Source: a virus (taxonomy: Duplodnaviria; Caudoviricetes). From it: a stretch of 47,613 nt of DNA. Shown in pieces: positions 8,572 through 16,894 of this stretch. The DNA is taken from positions 1 to 47,613 of the IMG/VR virus record IMGVR_UViG_3300022562_000250, one strand, 5' to 3'. Numbering within the stretch: the stretch's first letter is position 1; each line of letters opens with the position of its first letter. Made by a program: the position numbers and the translations under genes. Below the pieces are notes generated by a model. That model had not been told where the DNA came from. It did no database searches and saw only the letters and a list, made by a program, of their open reading frames with translations.

Positions 8572-8861
8572 GCGCACCATTCAATAATCTCACTGCAGAG
8601 CAAAGCAAACTCCTAATCGGTATGATCAGGCGCGGCTTCCGTGGAGCCACCTATGATGACATTCTCCGCATCGTTGGACTCACGGCAGCAAGCCTTCTTG
8701 CCGCTTACAGCGATAATGACGCTGAGTCAGTCGCCGCCCTTAGCCGTTTCAAAGAACATCTCAATGGTGACTTTGATTACATGAGGGAAGAGAGAAAGGC
8801 GCAGCTTCAAGGGAAGAGACGCACAGCTATAAATGCCGATGAAAGGAAAAATCAATGGTAG
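8568..8861 (+). CDS. Hypothetical protein, 97 aa
   Basis: Start overlaps the upstream stop; AGGA RBS. Confidence 0.7.
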   Translation: MSAPFNNLTAEQSKLLIGMIRRGFRGATYDDILRIVGLTAASLLAAYSDNDAESVAALSRFKEHLNGDFDYMREERKAQLQGKRRTAINADERKNQW

Positions 8862-9205
8862 GCGATAGCGAAGGAAAGAAAACGCTGGATCGGTTTAATC
8901 ACACCCACCAAGGAAGGAACCTAGATGGCTCCTGCGGACTTGATTTAGCGGGCCAATGCTATAAAGCAGGCAGCGAAGAATGTGACTTTGATTGCCCGCA
9001 TTCTCACGGCGAATTTTATGCAGGGAGCAACGAATGGCACAAAAAGCATAACGCCGGATTGCCTGTCGATGGATGCGAATGCGCAAAGTGCAGAGAAGAA
9101 ATGATTAAACAGTGGAAAGCCCGCGCAGAGAAAGCCGAAGCAGAGCGGGACAGACTGCAAGTCATCGTTGACCGCTATGAAGAATGGAAAATGCAGAAAT
9201 GTTGA
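8855..9205 (+). CDS. Cys-rich hypothetical protein with coiled-coil tail
   Basis: AAGGA RBS; C...C..AGSEECDFDCP and CECAKC motifs. Confidence 0.7.
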   Translation: MVGDSEGKKTLDRFNHTHQGRNLDGSCGLDLAGQCYKAGSEECDFDCPHSHGEFYAGSNEWHKKHNAGLPVDGCECAKCREEMIKQWKARAEKAEAERDRLQVIVDRYEEWKMQKC

Positions 9206-9217
9206 GGACACACAGCC

Positions 9218-9424
9218 ATGAATGCCGCACCGACCTACAAGGTTACAAATATTGAGCCGCCAAAGCATTACAATGGAACGCGGGAACTTGCGCGAAAGGC
9301 TGGCATATCCCCGACAACAGCGAGCCGTGTTCTTAGTGGCAAGGGTAATTTTTCACTGGAGACATTCCGCAAGGTGCTTCCGTATCTTGACCGCTGCCCA
9401 TGTTGTGGAAAGGAACAGCCATGA
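9218..9424 (+). CDS. Small Cro/XRE-type HTH regulator with C-terminal CPCCG
   Basis: TRELARKAGISPTTASRVLSG HTH; GAGG RBS. Confidence 0.8.
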   Translation: MNAAPTYKVTNIEPPKHYNGTRELARKAGISPTTASRVLSGKGNFSLETFRKVLPYLDRCPCCGKEQP

Positions 9425-9696
9425 ATGCTGATGAACTGCGCGAGAAAGTATTATCAAGGATAGAAAGATATGATGATTTCTCTGACGTTATTACTATCAC
9501 CATCGCAACAGTAGTGGAAGAATGTGCGGTGATCTTGGACGACTACAGCGACCAAAAGACAGAAGAATTTGACACATATACGACGAAAGATATGGCCGAC
9601 CATGCAAGAAACGCGGCAGTAAAATCGGTGGCGGCGAGTGAATTAGCCGACCGCATCCGCGCACTGGTACCAAAGATAGAGTACACACAGCCATGA
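9421..9696 (+). CDS. Hypothetical 'MNADEL' protein, paralog 1 (91 aa)
   Basis: ATGA coupling; three blocks shared with 10318..10623. Confidence 0.75.
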   Translation: MNADELREKVLSRIERYDDFSDVITITIATVVEECAVILDDYSDQKTEEFDTYTTKDMADHARNAAVKSVAASELADRIRALVPKIEYTQP

Positions 9697-9721
9697 ATGC
9701 CGCAACACAGGAGAACGACAG

Positions 9722-10321
9722 ATGACCTACGTAAAAGCATGGCATTTCTGCGCAGACAAATTGCGCGATGGTCGGCCAATACCGCCAGACGGTGAATGGC
9801 TGGTTTATGAAGGACCGGAAGTTGTCATGTGCCAAACAGGGCTTCATGCGTCCAGAAGAATTATTGACGCAATTCAATACGCCCCTGGTTCGACGGTGTG
9901 CAGCGTTTCCTGCAATCGGATTGTTGAGGAGGAAAAGAATGACAAGCTGGTTTGTTGGGAGCGGCGCATAGATTGGCGCATTGAAAATGCTGATGACATT
10001 CTTAGAGAGTTTGCCCGCAAGGTCGCGCTGTCCGTAATCGATTTATGGGATGCGCCGGATGTTGTCAGAAAATATCTGGAAACCGGCGACGAAAAATTAA
10101 GGAACGCTGCTAGGGCCGCTGCTAGGGACGCTGATTGGGCAGCTGCCAGGAACGCTGCTATGGCAGTTGTTTGGGCAACTTCTAGGAACGATGCTAGGGA
10201 AGATGCTAGGGCAGCCGCTTGGGCCGCTGCTAGGAGCGCTGCTATGGCAGTTGTTTGGGACGATGCAATTTCTGAGTTCAACGCCCTTCTGGAGCAAATG
10301 TTAATCGGAGCAACGCCATGA
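9722..10321 (+). CDS. Phage protein with GLHAS motif and Ala-rich (AARxAA/AAWxA) repeats
   Basis: AGGAG RBS; WHF...GLHAS...YAPG...DKLVC...LWDAP..V..YLETGDE pattern; internal 23-bp exact duplication at 10153-10175 and 10237-10259. Confidence 0.8.
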   Translation: MTYVKAWHFCADKLRDGRPIPPDGEWLVYEGPEVVMCQTGLHASRRIIDAIQYAPGSTVCSVSCNRIVEEEKNDKLVCWERRIDWRIENADDILREFARKVALSVIDLWDAPDVVRKYLETGDEKLRNAARAAARDADWAAARNAAMAVVWATSRNDAREDARAAAWAAARSAAMAVVWDDAISEFNALLEQMLIGATP

Positions 10322-10623
10322 ATGCCGATGAACTGCTAGAGAAAGTATGCATTGCCAAGTGCAAGCGTAGGAACACGAGACAGTGCGCACCTATATGTTT
10401 AAGCTCCTTTTCCAGCAGCCCGAAATGCGACTACGCAAAACAGGTTTGGGGTGATGATGCCCGCGCAGCCATCGCAACAGTAGTAGAAGCGTGTGCAGAA
10501 ATGAACGAGTTTACGCTTAAAGAAATAGGCGCTCCCGAAAATTCTGGGATCGCGTCTGCATTGCGTAGTGCCACCATTCTCATCCGCGCACTGGCACCAA
10601 AGGCAGAGGAGCCGAAGTCATGA
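10318..10623 (+). CDS. Hypothetical 'MNADEL' protein, paralog 2 (101 aa)
   Basis: GGAG RBS, ATGA coupling; shares MNADEL.EKV, IATVVE.CA and IRAL.PK with 9421..9696. Confidence 0.75.
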   Translation: MNADELLEKVCIAKCKRRNTRQCAPICLSSFSSSPKCDYAKQVWGDDARAAIATVVEACAEMNEFTLKEIGAPENSGIASALRSATILIRALAPKAEEPKS

Positions 10624-10664
10624 ACGCCGATGAACTGCTTAAGAAAATAACAAGGGCAATGTAA
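10620..10664 (+). pseudogene. Truncated third 'MNADEL' copy (14 codons)
   Basis: MNADELLKKITRAM*; same start block as the two paralogs. Confidence 0.5.
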
Positions 10665-10841
10665 ATGCTTTATCGTTACAAAGGAAAGCTATACGTCGAG
10701 GAAATATCTCCGACGCACGTCAGGCCGAAGTGGTGGTGGAAGTATCAAAACCGCGAGGCAATCAAACGTCTGTCGTGGATACATCATGTCATTAACCATC
10801 GAGCAATGTCAGTCATCCCAGAGAAGGAGCCAAAACTATGA
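10665..10841 (+). CDS. Small hypothetical protein, 58 aa
   Basis: MLYRYKGKLYVEE...; starts immediately after the previous stop; ATGA overlap with the next gene. Confidence 0.55.
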   Translation: MLYRYKGKLYVEEISPTHVRPKWWWKYQNREAIKRLSWIHHVINHRAMSVIPEKEPKL

Positions 10842-11185
10842 ATGATCCAGCCCTTCACTCCCTTCTTTCCCTCCTTTGCCTTCCCCCTCGCAGGAGCCTT
10901 TCCTACATTCGCCACCTTCACAGCGGCGCGTGGATGGTCGGCATCTCCTGCACTCACGAAGAGCGTGACCCCGACGGCATCACCCTCGGGCAATCCACTG
11001 GAGGCCACGGACATGCCGACACTCTTACCGATGCAATTGCCGACGCCGTTGCATCTTGCGAGGCTGCAAAAGACGAGGAGATCGCCCGCCGAATGAGAAT
11101 TCGCAAGGAACGCCGGCAAGCTGAAGCCGAACGGCAGGAGGCGATGAAGAACATACCAGACTTAACCCTCGATGATCTCTTTTGA
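10838..11185 (+). CDS. Hypothetical protein, 115 aa
   Basis: AAGGAG RBS; ends IPDLTLDDLF. Confidence 0.75.
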   Translation: MNDPALHSLLSLLCLPPRRSLSYIRHLHSGAWMVGISCTHEERDPDGITLGQSTGGHGHADTLTDAIADAVASCEAAKDEEIARRMRIRKERRQAEAERQEAMKNIPDLTLDDLF

Positions 11186-11198
11186 AAGGAGAAGGACT

Positions 11199-11387
11199 AT
11201 GAAAATACCAACCAATACTTGGCTTGCCTTAGTTGAAACCCGTAAGGAAGGATCAGACGGTGTGTTCGAACTTACTGCCCGTTCCACACGCGCCGAGGCT
11301 GCTGATGTCAATCGCTACCTTATCGAAGATTGCCACCTCGATGGATTGGAACCACGAGCCATTGTATATAAACACAAGGTCGCTTGA
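11199..11387 (+). CDS. Hypothetical protein, 62 aa
   Basis: AGGAG/AAGGA RBS before ATG 11199. Confidence 0.7.
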   Translation: MKIPTNTWLALVETRKEGSDGVFELTARSTRAEAADVNRYLIEDCHLDGLEPRAIVYKHKVA

Positions 11388-11412
11388 TTAATTCCCCAGC
11401 CTTTGATATAAT
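11384..11412 (+). promoter_or_regulatory. Sigma70-like promoter
   Basis: TTGATT-N17-TATAAT with extended -10; shares TTTGATATAAT with the 6001 promoter. Confidence 0.7.
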
Positions 11413-11449
11413 TCTTCAATTGGCATTCCCATTTGTAAAGGAGCCTCGA

Positions 11450-11695
11450 ATGACGACACAACCCTCACCGGAAGAAATCGAGATTGCCGTAACCGAGTGT
11501 CTGCTTACGGACGCCCGCGAGGAGCTCGAACGTCTTATCGCCCTCATGTGGGCAACCAGTATCATTTTCGATCTTACGCAGAAAGACAAGGACATCTATT
11601 CCCGCTGGCTGCGTAAGGTCCACGACTTCGAGGAGTATGGGCAGCGCCTCGATCCAACCAACCTGAACTTCCGCCCACTTCCACCCCTAGAATAA
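11450..11695 (+). CDS. Hypothetical protein, 81 aa
   Basis: AAGGAG RBS before ATG 11450. Confidence 0.75.
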   Translation: MTTQPSPEEIEIAVTECLLTDAREELERLIALMWATSIIFDLTQKDKDIYSRWLRKVHDFEEYGQRLDPTNLNFRPLPPLE

Positions 11696-11707
11696 GGAAA
11701 CATTTCA

Positions 11708-11956
11708 ATGACAACCCCACTTGATCAACTCGCCTACCTTTCCCGCCATAAAGCAGCTTGGGTTAGCCTTAATCATTCCCGCTGGGATGCCACCTGGTCT
11801 TGCGTTATAGAGTTTGAAATCAACGGGAGCGAAATCAAACTTCGCAATACTGACGAGGACATGGCAAAAGCAATCGAATTAACTCACTCCGAGTATGTTC
11901 GGCTCACCCGCGCCGTGCCTGAGTATGATCCAAACAAACTTATCGAGGCGCAATAA
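11708..11956 (+). CDS. Hypothetical protein, 82 aa
   Basis: TAAGGA RBS. Confidence 0.75.
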   Translation: MTTPLDQLAYLSRHKAAWVSLNHSRWDATWSCVIEFEINGSEIKLRNTDEDMAKAIELTHSEYVRLTRAVPEYDPNKLIEAQ

Positions 11957-11966
11957 GGAACCTCTG

Positions 11967-12143
11967 ATGCTTGATCCAAAACAAGAGGCTGAATACATCG
12001 GCGACGGAGTGTATGTTGCTTTCGACGGCTTTCATATTTGGCTTTACACAGAGCGGGAGAATGGATGGCACTCGATCGCCCTCGAACTCCCGGTCTACGT
12101 CTCCCTTCGTAAGTTCGCACAAAGTAAAGGATTTGAAAAATGA
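11967..12143 (+). CDS. Small phage protein, 58 aa
   Basis: TAAGGA RBS; YIGDGVYVAFDG.HIWL motif; ATGA overlap with the helicase. Confidence 0.75.
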   Translation: MLDPKQEAEYIGDGVYVAFDGFHIWLYTERENGWHSIALELPVYVSLRKFAQSKGFEK

Positions 12144-13633
12144 GTTTCACCCCAACCGAAGAACAGCAGGCCATCGTTAAAGCCGCGACTGACACAGACA
12201 ACAATCTGTTGGTCAACGCTTTGGCTGGGGCTGCGAAAACCAGCACGCTAGTGCTAATGGCAGAGGCACTCAAGTCCTCCTCCATCCTTTGCCTTGCCTT
12301 CAACAAGAAAATACAGGTTGAAATGCAAGAGCGCCTCCCCCACAATTGTACAGCGATGACGCTCAACTCTTACGGCTATCGTGCTTGGTCCTCATTCCTC
12401 CGCCGCCGGATGGAAGTCAACGCGAGGAAGAACTATTTCCTTGTCAAAGACTACATCGACGGCCTCGAGGAGGACGAACTCAAGCAGGACTTGTGGGATC
12501 AGTACGACGACATCTCAACGATAATTTCCGGTGCAAAGACTGCAGGCTTCATACCCGACTCCACCGTTGCAGGTCTCGGCGTCAAGTTCACGCCGCTCAT
12601 GGACGATGCCGAATTCCTCGATTGGTGCGACATTGAGATGACCGACGAGCTTTGGGACCTCACCGTAACTGTGCTCACTCGCAACATTGAGCAGGGGCTC
12701 ACCGGGCGGATTGACTACGACGATATGATCTACCTCTCCACCCTTTGTAAGTCAGTCTCCTTCCAACGCTGGCCGGTCATTATGATTGACGAGGCGCAAG
12801 ACCTATCCGCCCTCAACCATCAAATGCTCTACAAAATGTCCGGCGGAACCTCCCGTATCATTGCGGTTGGCGATCCGTGCCAGGCTATTTACGGCTTTCG
12901 GGGAGCCCATGAAAACTCTATGTCACTCCTTAAAGAGCAGTTCGACATGGAGGAATTCACTCTATCCATCTCCTTCCGCTGCCCCAAGGCAGTAGTCCGA
13001 GAGGCTCGGTGGCGCGCTCCTAATATGAAGTGGCCGGAGTGGGCGATCGACGGAAAGGTCTCCGACCTTCGCAAGTGGGGAGCGGAGGATATCCCCGAGC
13101 AAGCAGCGGTCATTTGCCGTAACAATGCGCCGCTCTTCGGCCTTGCTATGCGACTCCTTCGCGACGGGAGATACCCTGAAATTCAGGGCGATCAGCTTTC
13201 CAAACGAATGATAAAAGTCTTTAAGTCTTTCGGCGGGATGGACATGCCAGCTGAAAACGTTGAAACCTCTATTGAGTTGTGGCTCGAACGCGAGAAGGAG
13301 AAGCGTAAGGACCACGAGAAACTCTACGACTTTGCCGCCTGTCTTCGTATCTTCGTTGAGGACTCGGCAAATCTCGGGCAGTGCATTAAGAAGATTGAGG
13401 AGGTATTTTCCAAATCCGGCCCAATCAAACTGATGACTGGCCACAAGTCCAAGGGCCTCGAGTTCACGAATGTTTTCATAATGGACCGAGGCTTAATACG
13501 CGCGGAGAAGGAAAACCAAGAAGCTAACCTCCTTTACGTCATGCAAACCCGCGCAATGGAAACACTGACGTATGTTGACAGTCGTGACTATGTGGCTGAG
13601 GACATCACGGCGGTGGAAGGTAGCCTCATTTGA
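12140..13633 (+). CDS. UvrD/Rep-like superfamily 1 helicase
   Basis: Q-motif TEEQQ, Walker A ALAGAAKT, LAFNK, DEAQD, VGDPCQAIYGFRGA, SFRCP, HKSKGLEF, YVMQTRA. Confidence 0.93.
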   Translation: MSFTPTEEQQAIVKAATDTDNNLLVNALAGAAKTSTLVLMAEALKSSSILCLAFNKKIQVEMQERLPHNCTAMTLNSYGYRAWSSFLRRRMEVNARKNYFLVKDYIDGLEEDELKQDLWDQYDDISTIISGAKTAGFIPDSTVAGLGVKFTPLMDDAEFLDWCDIEMTDELWDLTVTVLTRNIEQGLTGRIDYDDMIYLSTLCKSVSFQRWPVIMIDEAQDLSALNHQMLYKMSGGTSRIIAVGDPCQAIYGFRGAHENSMSLLKEQFDMEEFTLSISFRCPKAVVREARWRAPNMKWPEWAIDGKVSDLRKWGAEDIPEQAAVICRNNAPLFGLAMRLLRDGRYPEIQGDQLSKRMIKVFKSFGGMDMPAENVETSIELWLEREKEKRKDHEKLYDFAACLRIFVEDSANLGQCIKKIEEVFSKSGPIKLMTGHKSKGLEFTNVFIMDRGLIRAEKENQEANLLYVMQTRAMETLTYVDSRDYVAEDITAVEGSLI

Positions 13634-13646
13634 AAGGAAAGAGGAA

Positions 13647-14027
13647 ATGAAAAGCCTACTCGCAACACTGTTGTTGTTCTTCCAGTCTCCCCCTGCTCAG
13701 CAGGGCTGCTTCGAAGTAGACAACTTCACAATGAGTTATTGTCACGAAAATGATGGAGCCGGATATGGCGGGGCCACAGGTACTACTGATGCTACTACTA
13801 GCGATAGTATCGCTGGTGATGGTGGTAGTGGTGGCTCATCTAATCCGCCGGGAACACCCCCCGACGAGCCTGGTGACGGAGATAATCCTGATGGCGGCTC
13901 AAATCCTGGCGGTAATGGCCATCATGGGCACGGCCCTCACGGTAATCACTCAGGTGGCGGTGACGGGACTAACCCCGGTGGGCATGGAAACCCTGGAGGG
14001 TTCAACAACCCAGGAGGCCCCAAGTAA
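13647..14027 (+). CDS. Putative exported Gly/Pro/His/Asn-rich protein, 126 aa
   Basis: GAGG RBS; MKSLLATLLLFF signal-like N-terminus; one Cys pair; repeated NPGG in the tail. Confidence 0.7.
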   Translation: MKSLLATLLLFFQSPPAQQGCFEVDNFTMSYCHENDGAGYGGATGTTDATTSDSIAGDGGSGGSSNPPGTPPDEPGDGDNPDGGSNPGGNGHHGHGPHGNHSGGGDGTNPGGHGNPGGFNNPGGPK

Positions 14028-14084
14028 TCAGTAAGGATATGGCTTCTGCACAATTTGCAGGAACCATATCTTTCTGAAAAAAGT

Positions 14085-14122
14085 GGTTGACACGATCCAC
14101 AGTAACGGTTATCGTGTCAACC
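14085..14122 (+). promoter_or_regulatory. Palindromic sigma70-like promoter
   Basis: TTGACA(14087)-N17-TATCGT inside the perfect 12-bp inverted repeat GGTTGACACGAT-N14-ATCGTGTCAACC. Confidence 0.7.
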
Positions 14123-14157
14123 GTAAATATGTTTTGCCAAATAAACAGGAGTTTCAA

Positions 14158-14646
14158 ATGGCTGACAATACACGTAAAGTAACAATCCAGCAGGTAATCT
14201 TTGACCTTTCTGATCCGTATAGTGAGGGGCACGTTTGCTCCGCTATGGAAGCGAAAGCCCTCAACCAGACCCGCGCCGAGAACATTCGTAACAACTTCGC
14301 CTCGAATGTGAAGAAAGTGCAGGATGCGAATGACGGTCCTCTGTCCGATGCACAGGTGAAAGAGCTTCAGAAGGAGCTCGATGACTACGCCAAGGGCTAT
14401 GAGTTCTCAGTCGGTGGCGGCCGGGCAGTCGATCCGGTTTCACGCGAGGCCAAGCGCATCGCCAAGGAGATCGTGGACGGCAAGATCGCAGCAACTGGAA
14501 CGAGTGTCAAAGCCTACATCGACGCGAAGGGCAAGGACAAGTACGACGCCCTCATTGGTCAGGCGATGGAGCACGAAAGTGTTCAGGCCGAGGCTGTCAA
14601 GATTGTCAAGTCCCGCGCAAAGTTGGCAGACGCAATCGAAGTCTGA
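14158..14646 (+). CDS. Hypothetical helical protein, 162 aa
   Basis: AGGAG RBS before ATG 14158; own promoter; followed by two hairpins. Confidence 0.85.
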   Translation: MADNTRKVTIQQVIFDLSDPYSEGHVCSAMEAKALNQTRAENIRNNFASNVKKVQDANDGPLSDAQVKELQKELDDYAKGYEFSVGGGRAVDPVSREAKRIAKEIVDGKIAATGTSVKAYIDAKGKDKYDALIGQAMEHESVQAEAVKIVKSRAKLADAIEV

Positions 14647-14710
14647 TTAGGTCCCACCCCCTGAGCCTAATCAGTCGCCCCTGCAGGTTCCCGTCTATTC
14701 CTGCAGGGGC
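14643..14710 (+). other. Two tandem RNA hairpins (attenuation, stability or processing element)
   Basis: CTGATTAGG..CCTAATCAG (9 bp) followed by GCCCCTGCAGG..CCTGCAGGGGC (11 bp). Confidence 0.6.
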
Positions 14711-14742
14711 ACCCTTTCAACCCCTAACTCATGAGGCCAATC

Positions 14743-15117
14743 ATGTTAGGTAATGGAATAACAACAGTCCTTCGGGGTGCAAAGTTTCGCCCTCAGGCAG
14801 CCCAAATCAAACTTCTCACTGTTGAGAAGGGGGACCCCCTCAACTTGGTCCCCGAGCCCGACAATCGTTTTGATCCAAACGCAATCAAAGTTTATATCCC
14901 TCCCAAGGAGGGCGAAGAAGTTAATGAGGAGTCCGACTTCGTTGGCTACATCGCTCGTGAAGATTGTGAGGATGTCCTCTCCTTCATAGAGGCGATCAAC
15001 AACGAGCCTGGTACTTCCCTTCGTGTGGAAGTCTCCGCCGTCAATGGTCAGGCACCGGGCATTGCAGTAATCATGGACTTCGACAGCGATGACGGATCAC
15101 CGCCCCAAGCTGCTTGA
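14743..15117 (+). CDS. Stand-alone HIRAN-domain protein
   Basis: G..FR...L.LVPEPDNRFDPNAIKV...VGYIAR HIRAN signature; GAGG RBS. Confidence 0.85.
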   Translation: MLGNGITTVLRGAKFRPQAAQIKLLTVEKGDPLNLVPEPDNRFDPNAIKVYIPPKEGEEVNEESDFVGYIAREDCEDVLSFIEAINNEPGTSLRVEVSAVNGQAPGIAVIMDFDSDDGSPPQAA

Positions 15118-15316
15118 GCTTCTTGACTCGGCGCTAGTCGCCGATCATGGCGTAGCTGTTCGCACGAACAACGTCCAGTTGTTACGACAAAAACTCTACG
15201 CCGTGCGGAGGGAGAGCGAAAGGTTCAGTGTACTCTCCCTCACGCCATCTCCAATCGACGCTGAGTCCGTCTTATGGATAGTGAAGAAAGATGACAAACA
15301 AGAGACAACTGACTAA
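15089..15316 (+). CDS. Hypothetical protein, 75 aa
   Basis: Overlapping operon context. Confidence 0.7.
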   Translation: MTDHRPKLLELLDSALVADHGVAVRTNNVQLLRQKLYAVRRESERFSVLSLTPSPIDAESVLWIVKKDDKQETTD

Positions 15317-15485
15317 GCATACCTTCAAACTGTTCGCCGGACAGGTCGAAGCGATGGCTACCCTTCATCCAAACATTCCAGTATCGGTGGCCATCCGCCG
15401 CTTGCTTGACGCATACATTGCCAAGAGGCGGTCGATGGAACCAAAGGCTGAGATCAATTTCGAGGAGGTTGACGTAGAGCTATGA
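15291..15485 (+). CDS. Possible ribbon-helix-helix DNA-binding protein
   Basis: KHTFKLF strand followed by helices (VSVAIRRLLDAYI); acidic tail. Confidence 0.55.
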   Translation: MTNKRQLTKHTFKLFAGQVEAMATLHPNIPVSVAIRRLLDAYIAKRRSMEPKAEINFEEVDVEL

Positions 15486-15703
15486 GCGAACCTACCATCG
15501 CAGAACTTTTCCTTACCGATCCGCTCGAACTCACCGACCGGAAATTTGAGATCATCATCGAATACTATCGAGGCCAACGCATAAATTTCAACACCGCTGC
15601 CAAGGCTGGCGTCACAGGTACGCAAGCGAAGAAGGCGGCGGTTGGAGCAGAAAAAGCGAAGGAACTCGGGTTCGATACAGACAAATTGGACCTAGGCTTA
15701 TGA
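15482..15703 (+). CDS. Hypothetical protein, 73 aa
   Basis: ATGA overlaps; ends FDTDKLDLGL. Confidence 0.75.
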   Translation: MSEPTIAELFLTDPLELTDRKFEIIIEYYRGQRINFNTAAKAGVTGTQAKKAAVGAEKAKELGFDTDKLDLGL

Positions 15704-16677
15704 TCCACAAACAAGAGGTTAAGACCCACTTCAATAAGAGTGGGTTGCAAATGGCGTGGGACTCGACAAGTCTTAAACTTGCCTACGAATGCCCGCGCAA
15801 ATACTATTACAAGATGATCCAGGATTGGGAGGATTCCCTCAAGTCCGTCCATCTTATCTTCGGCGGCCATTACGCCCGAGCCCTTGAAACCTATCACAAG
15901 CTCGTCACCAAAGATGGACTCACTCACGACGAGGCAACCCTTGCCGTTGTGCGGCAAACGCTTATTGAGAGTTGGATACACAATCTTACTAAGGATACTC
16001 TTGAGCGTATCCCTGGCACTGGCCACCCGCAGGAGTTTCTTCATACTGCCAAGACTCGTGAAAATCTAATCCGCACTATCATTTGGTATCTCGAAGAGTT
16101 TAAAGAGAGCGACTTCGAAACCTATATTAAAGCGGATGGAACTCCGGCGGTTGAGTTCTCCTTCAAGTTGGAGGTGGACGCCAACATTGTACTGTGCGGC
16201 CACGTCGATCGACTCTTAGCCCACGGCAGGGACATCTTTGTGCAGGATCAAAAGACTACCGGCACGACTGTCGCCCCGTACTACTTCGAGAATTATGATC
16301 TCGATATTCAGATGTCAATGTACACTTTCGCGGGGAAAGCTATTTACAATATCCCTGTTAAGGGAGTGATGATAGACGCCGCCCAAATTGCAGTGGGTTT
16401 CACGCGCTTCATGCGCGGCTTCACCTATCGCAGCGAGGATGAACTCAATGAGTGGTACGACGAGACGCTTGCCAAGATTGATGAAATCCACTCATACACT
16501 CGAGAGTACCTTGATACCGGGGACTACCAAAAGTTCCCTCGAAACCTGACTTCGTGTACCAACTACGGCGGGTGTGAGTTCCGCAAGGTCTGCAAGCAGG
16601 CCCCGCAGTTTCGTGAGTCCCAACTTAAATCCAACTTCTCCCGGCGCGAGCCGTGGAACCCACTGGTGGAGAGATAG
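15700..16677 (+). CDS. PD-(D/E)XK exonuclease, Cas4/RecB-like with Fe-S cysteines
   Basis: ECPRKYYY, FGGHY, VE..F, GHVDR, DQKTT, QMSMY, C-terminal CTNYGGCEFRKVC. Confidence 0.88.
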   Translation: MIHKQEVKTHFNKSGLQMAWDSTSLKLAYECPRKYYYKMIQDWEDSLKSVHLIFGGHYARALETYHKLVTKDGLTHDEATLAVVRQTLIESWIHNLTKDTLERIPGTGHPQEFLHTAKTRENLIRTIIWYLEEFKESDFETYIKADGTPAVEFSFKLEVDANIVLCGHVDRLLAHGRDIFVQDQKTTGTTVAPYYFENYDLDIQMSMYTFAGKAIYNIPVKGVMIDAAQIAVGFTRFMRGFTYRSEDELNEWYDETLAKIDEIHSYTREYLDTGDYQKFPRNLTSCTNYGGCEFRKVCKQAPQFRESQLKSNFSRREPWNPLVER

Positions 16678-16678
16678 A

Positions 16679-16894
16679 ATGTATTGCAACAGTTGTAAAC
16701 ATTATGTACGTAACATCAAAGATGTGGGGAAGGATCAGGGGTCTTGTTACCTCAATCCCCCTATCCCGATTGTAGTGAAGGGACCACAAGGAGCTATGTT
16801 TCAAATGGTTCGTCCCTTTGTCGCCGGCAGTGAGCATTGCGGACAGCACTCATCCAGACCAGAAGTGGAGGCCGTGAATGCCCAGCCTAAGTGA
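16679..16894 (+). CDS. Small four-cysteine metal-binding protein, 71 aa
   Basis: GGAG RBS; CNSC...GSC..NPP...P.V....CGQ. Confidence 0.7.
   Translation: MYCNSCKHYVRNIKDVGKDQGSCYLNPPIPIVVKGPQGAMFQMVRPFVAGSEHCGQHSSRPEVEAVNAQPK

Larger units (their letters stand above)
9208..9704 (+). repeat. 22-bp perfect direct repeat bracketing a two-gene unit
   Basis: ACACACAGCCATGAATGCCGCA at 9208-9229 and 9683-9704. Confidence 0.9.

Noticed and set aside
9218-9424. Lysogeny repressor indicating a temperate lifestyle
   Set aside because: Small HTH inside a variable cassette; no integrase, ParA or divergent immunity region seen.
9208-10664. MNA-start repeats as a CRISPR array or integron attC sites
   Set aside because: Spacing is irregular (200-600 bp), the repeats are non-palindromic and coding, and there is no integrase.
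15700-16677. Cas4 as part of a CRISPR system
   Set aside because: No repeat-spacer array or other cas genes; the context is a phage recombination module.
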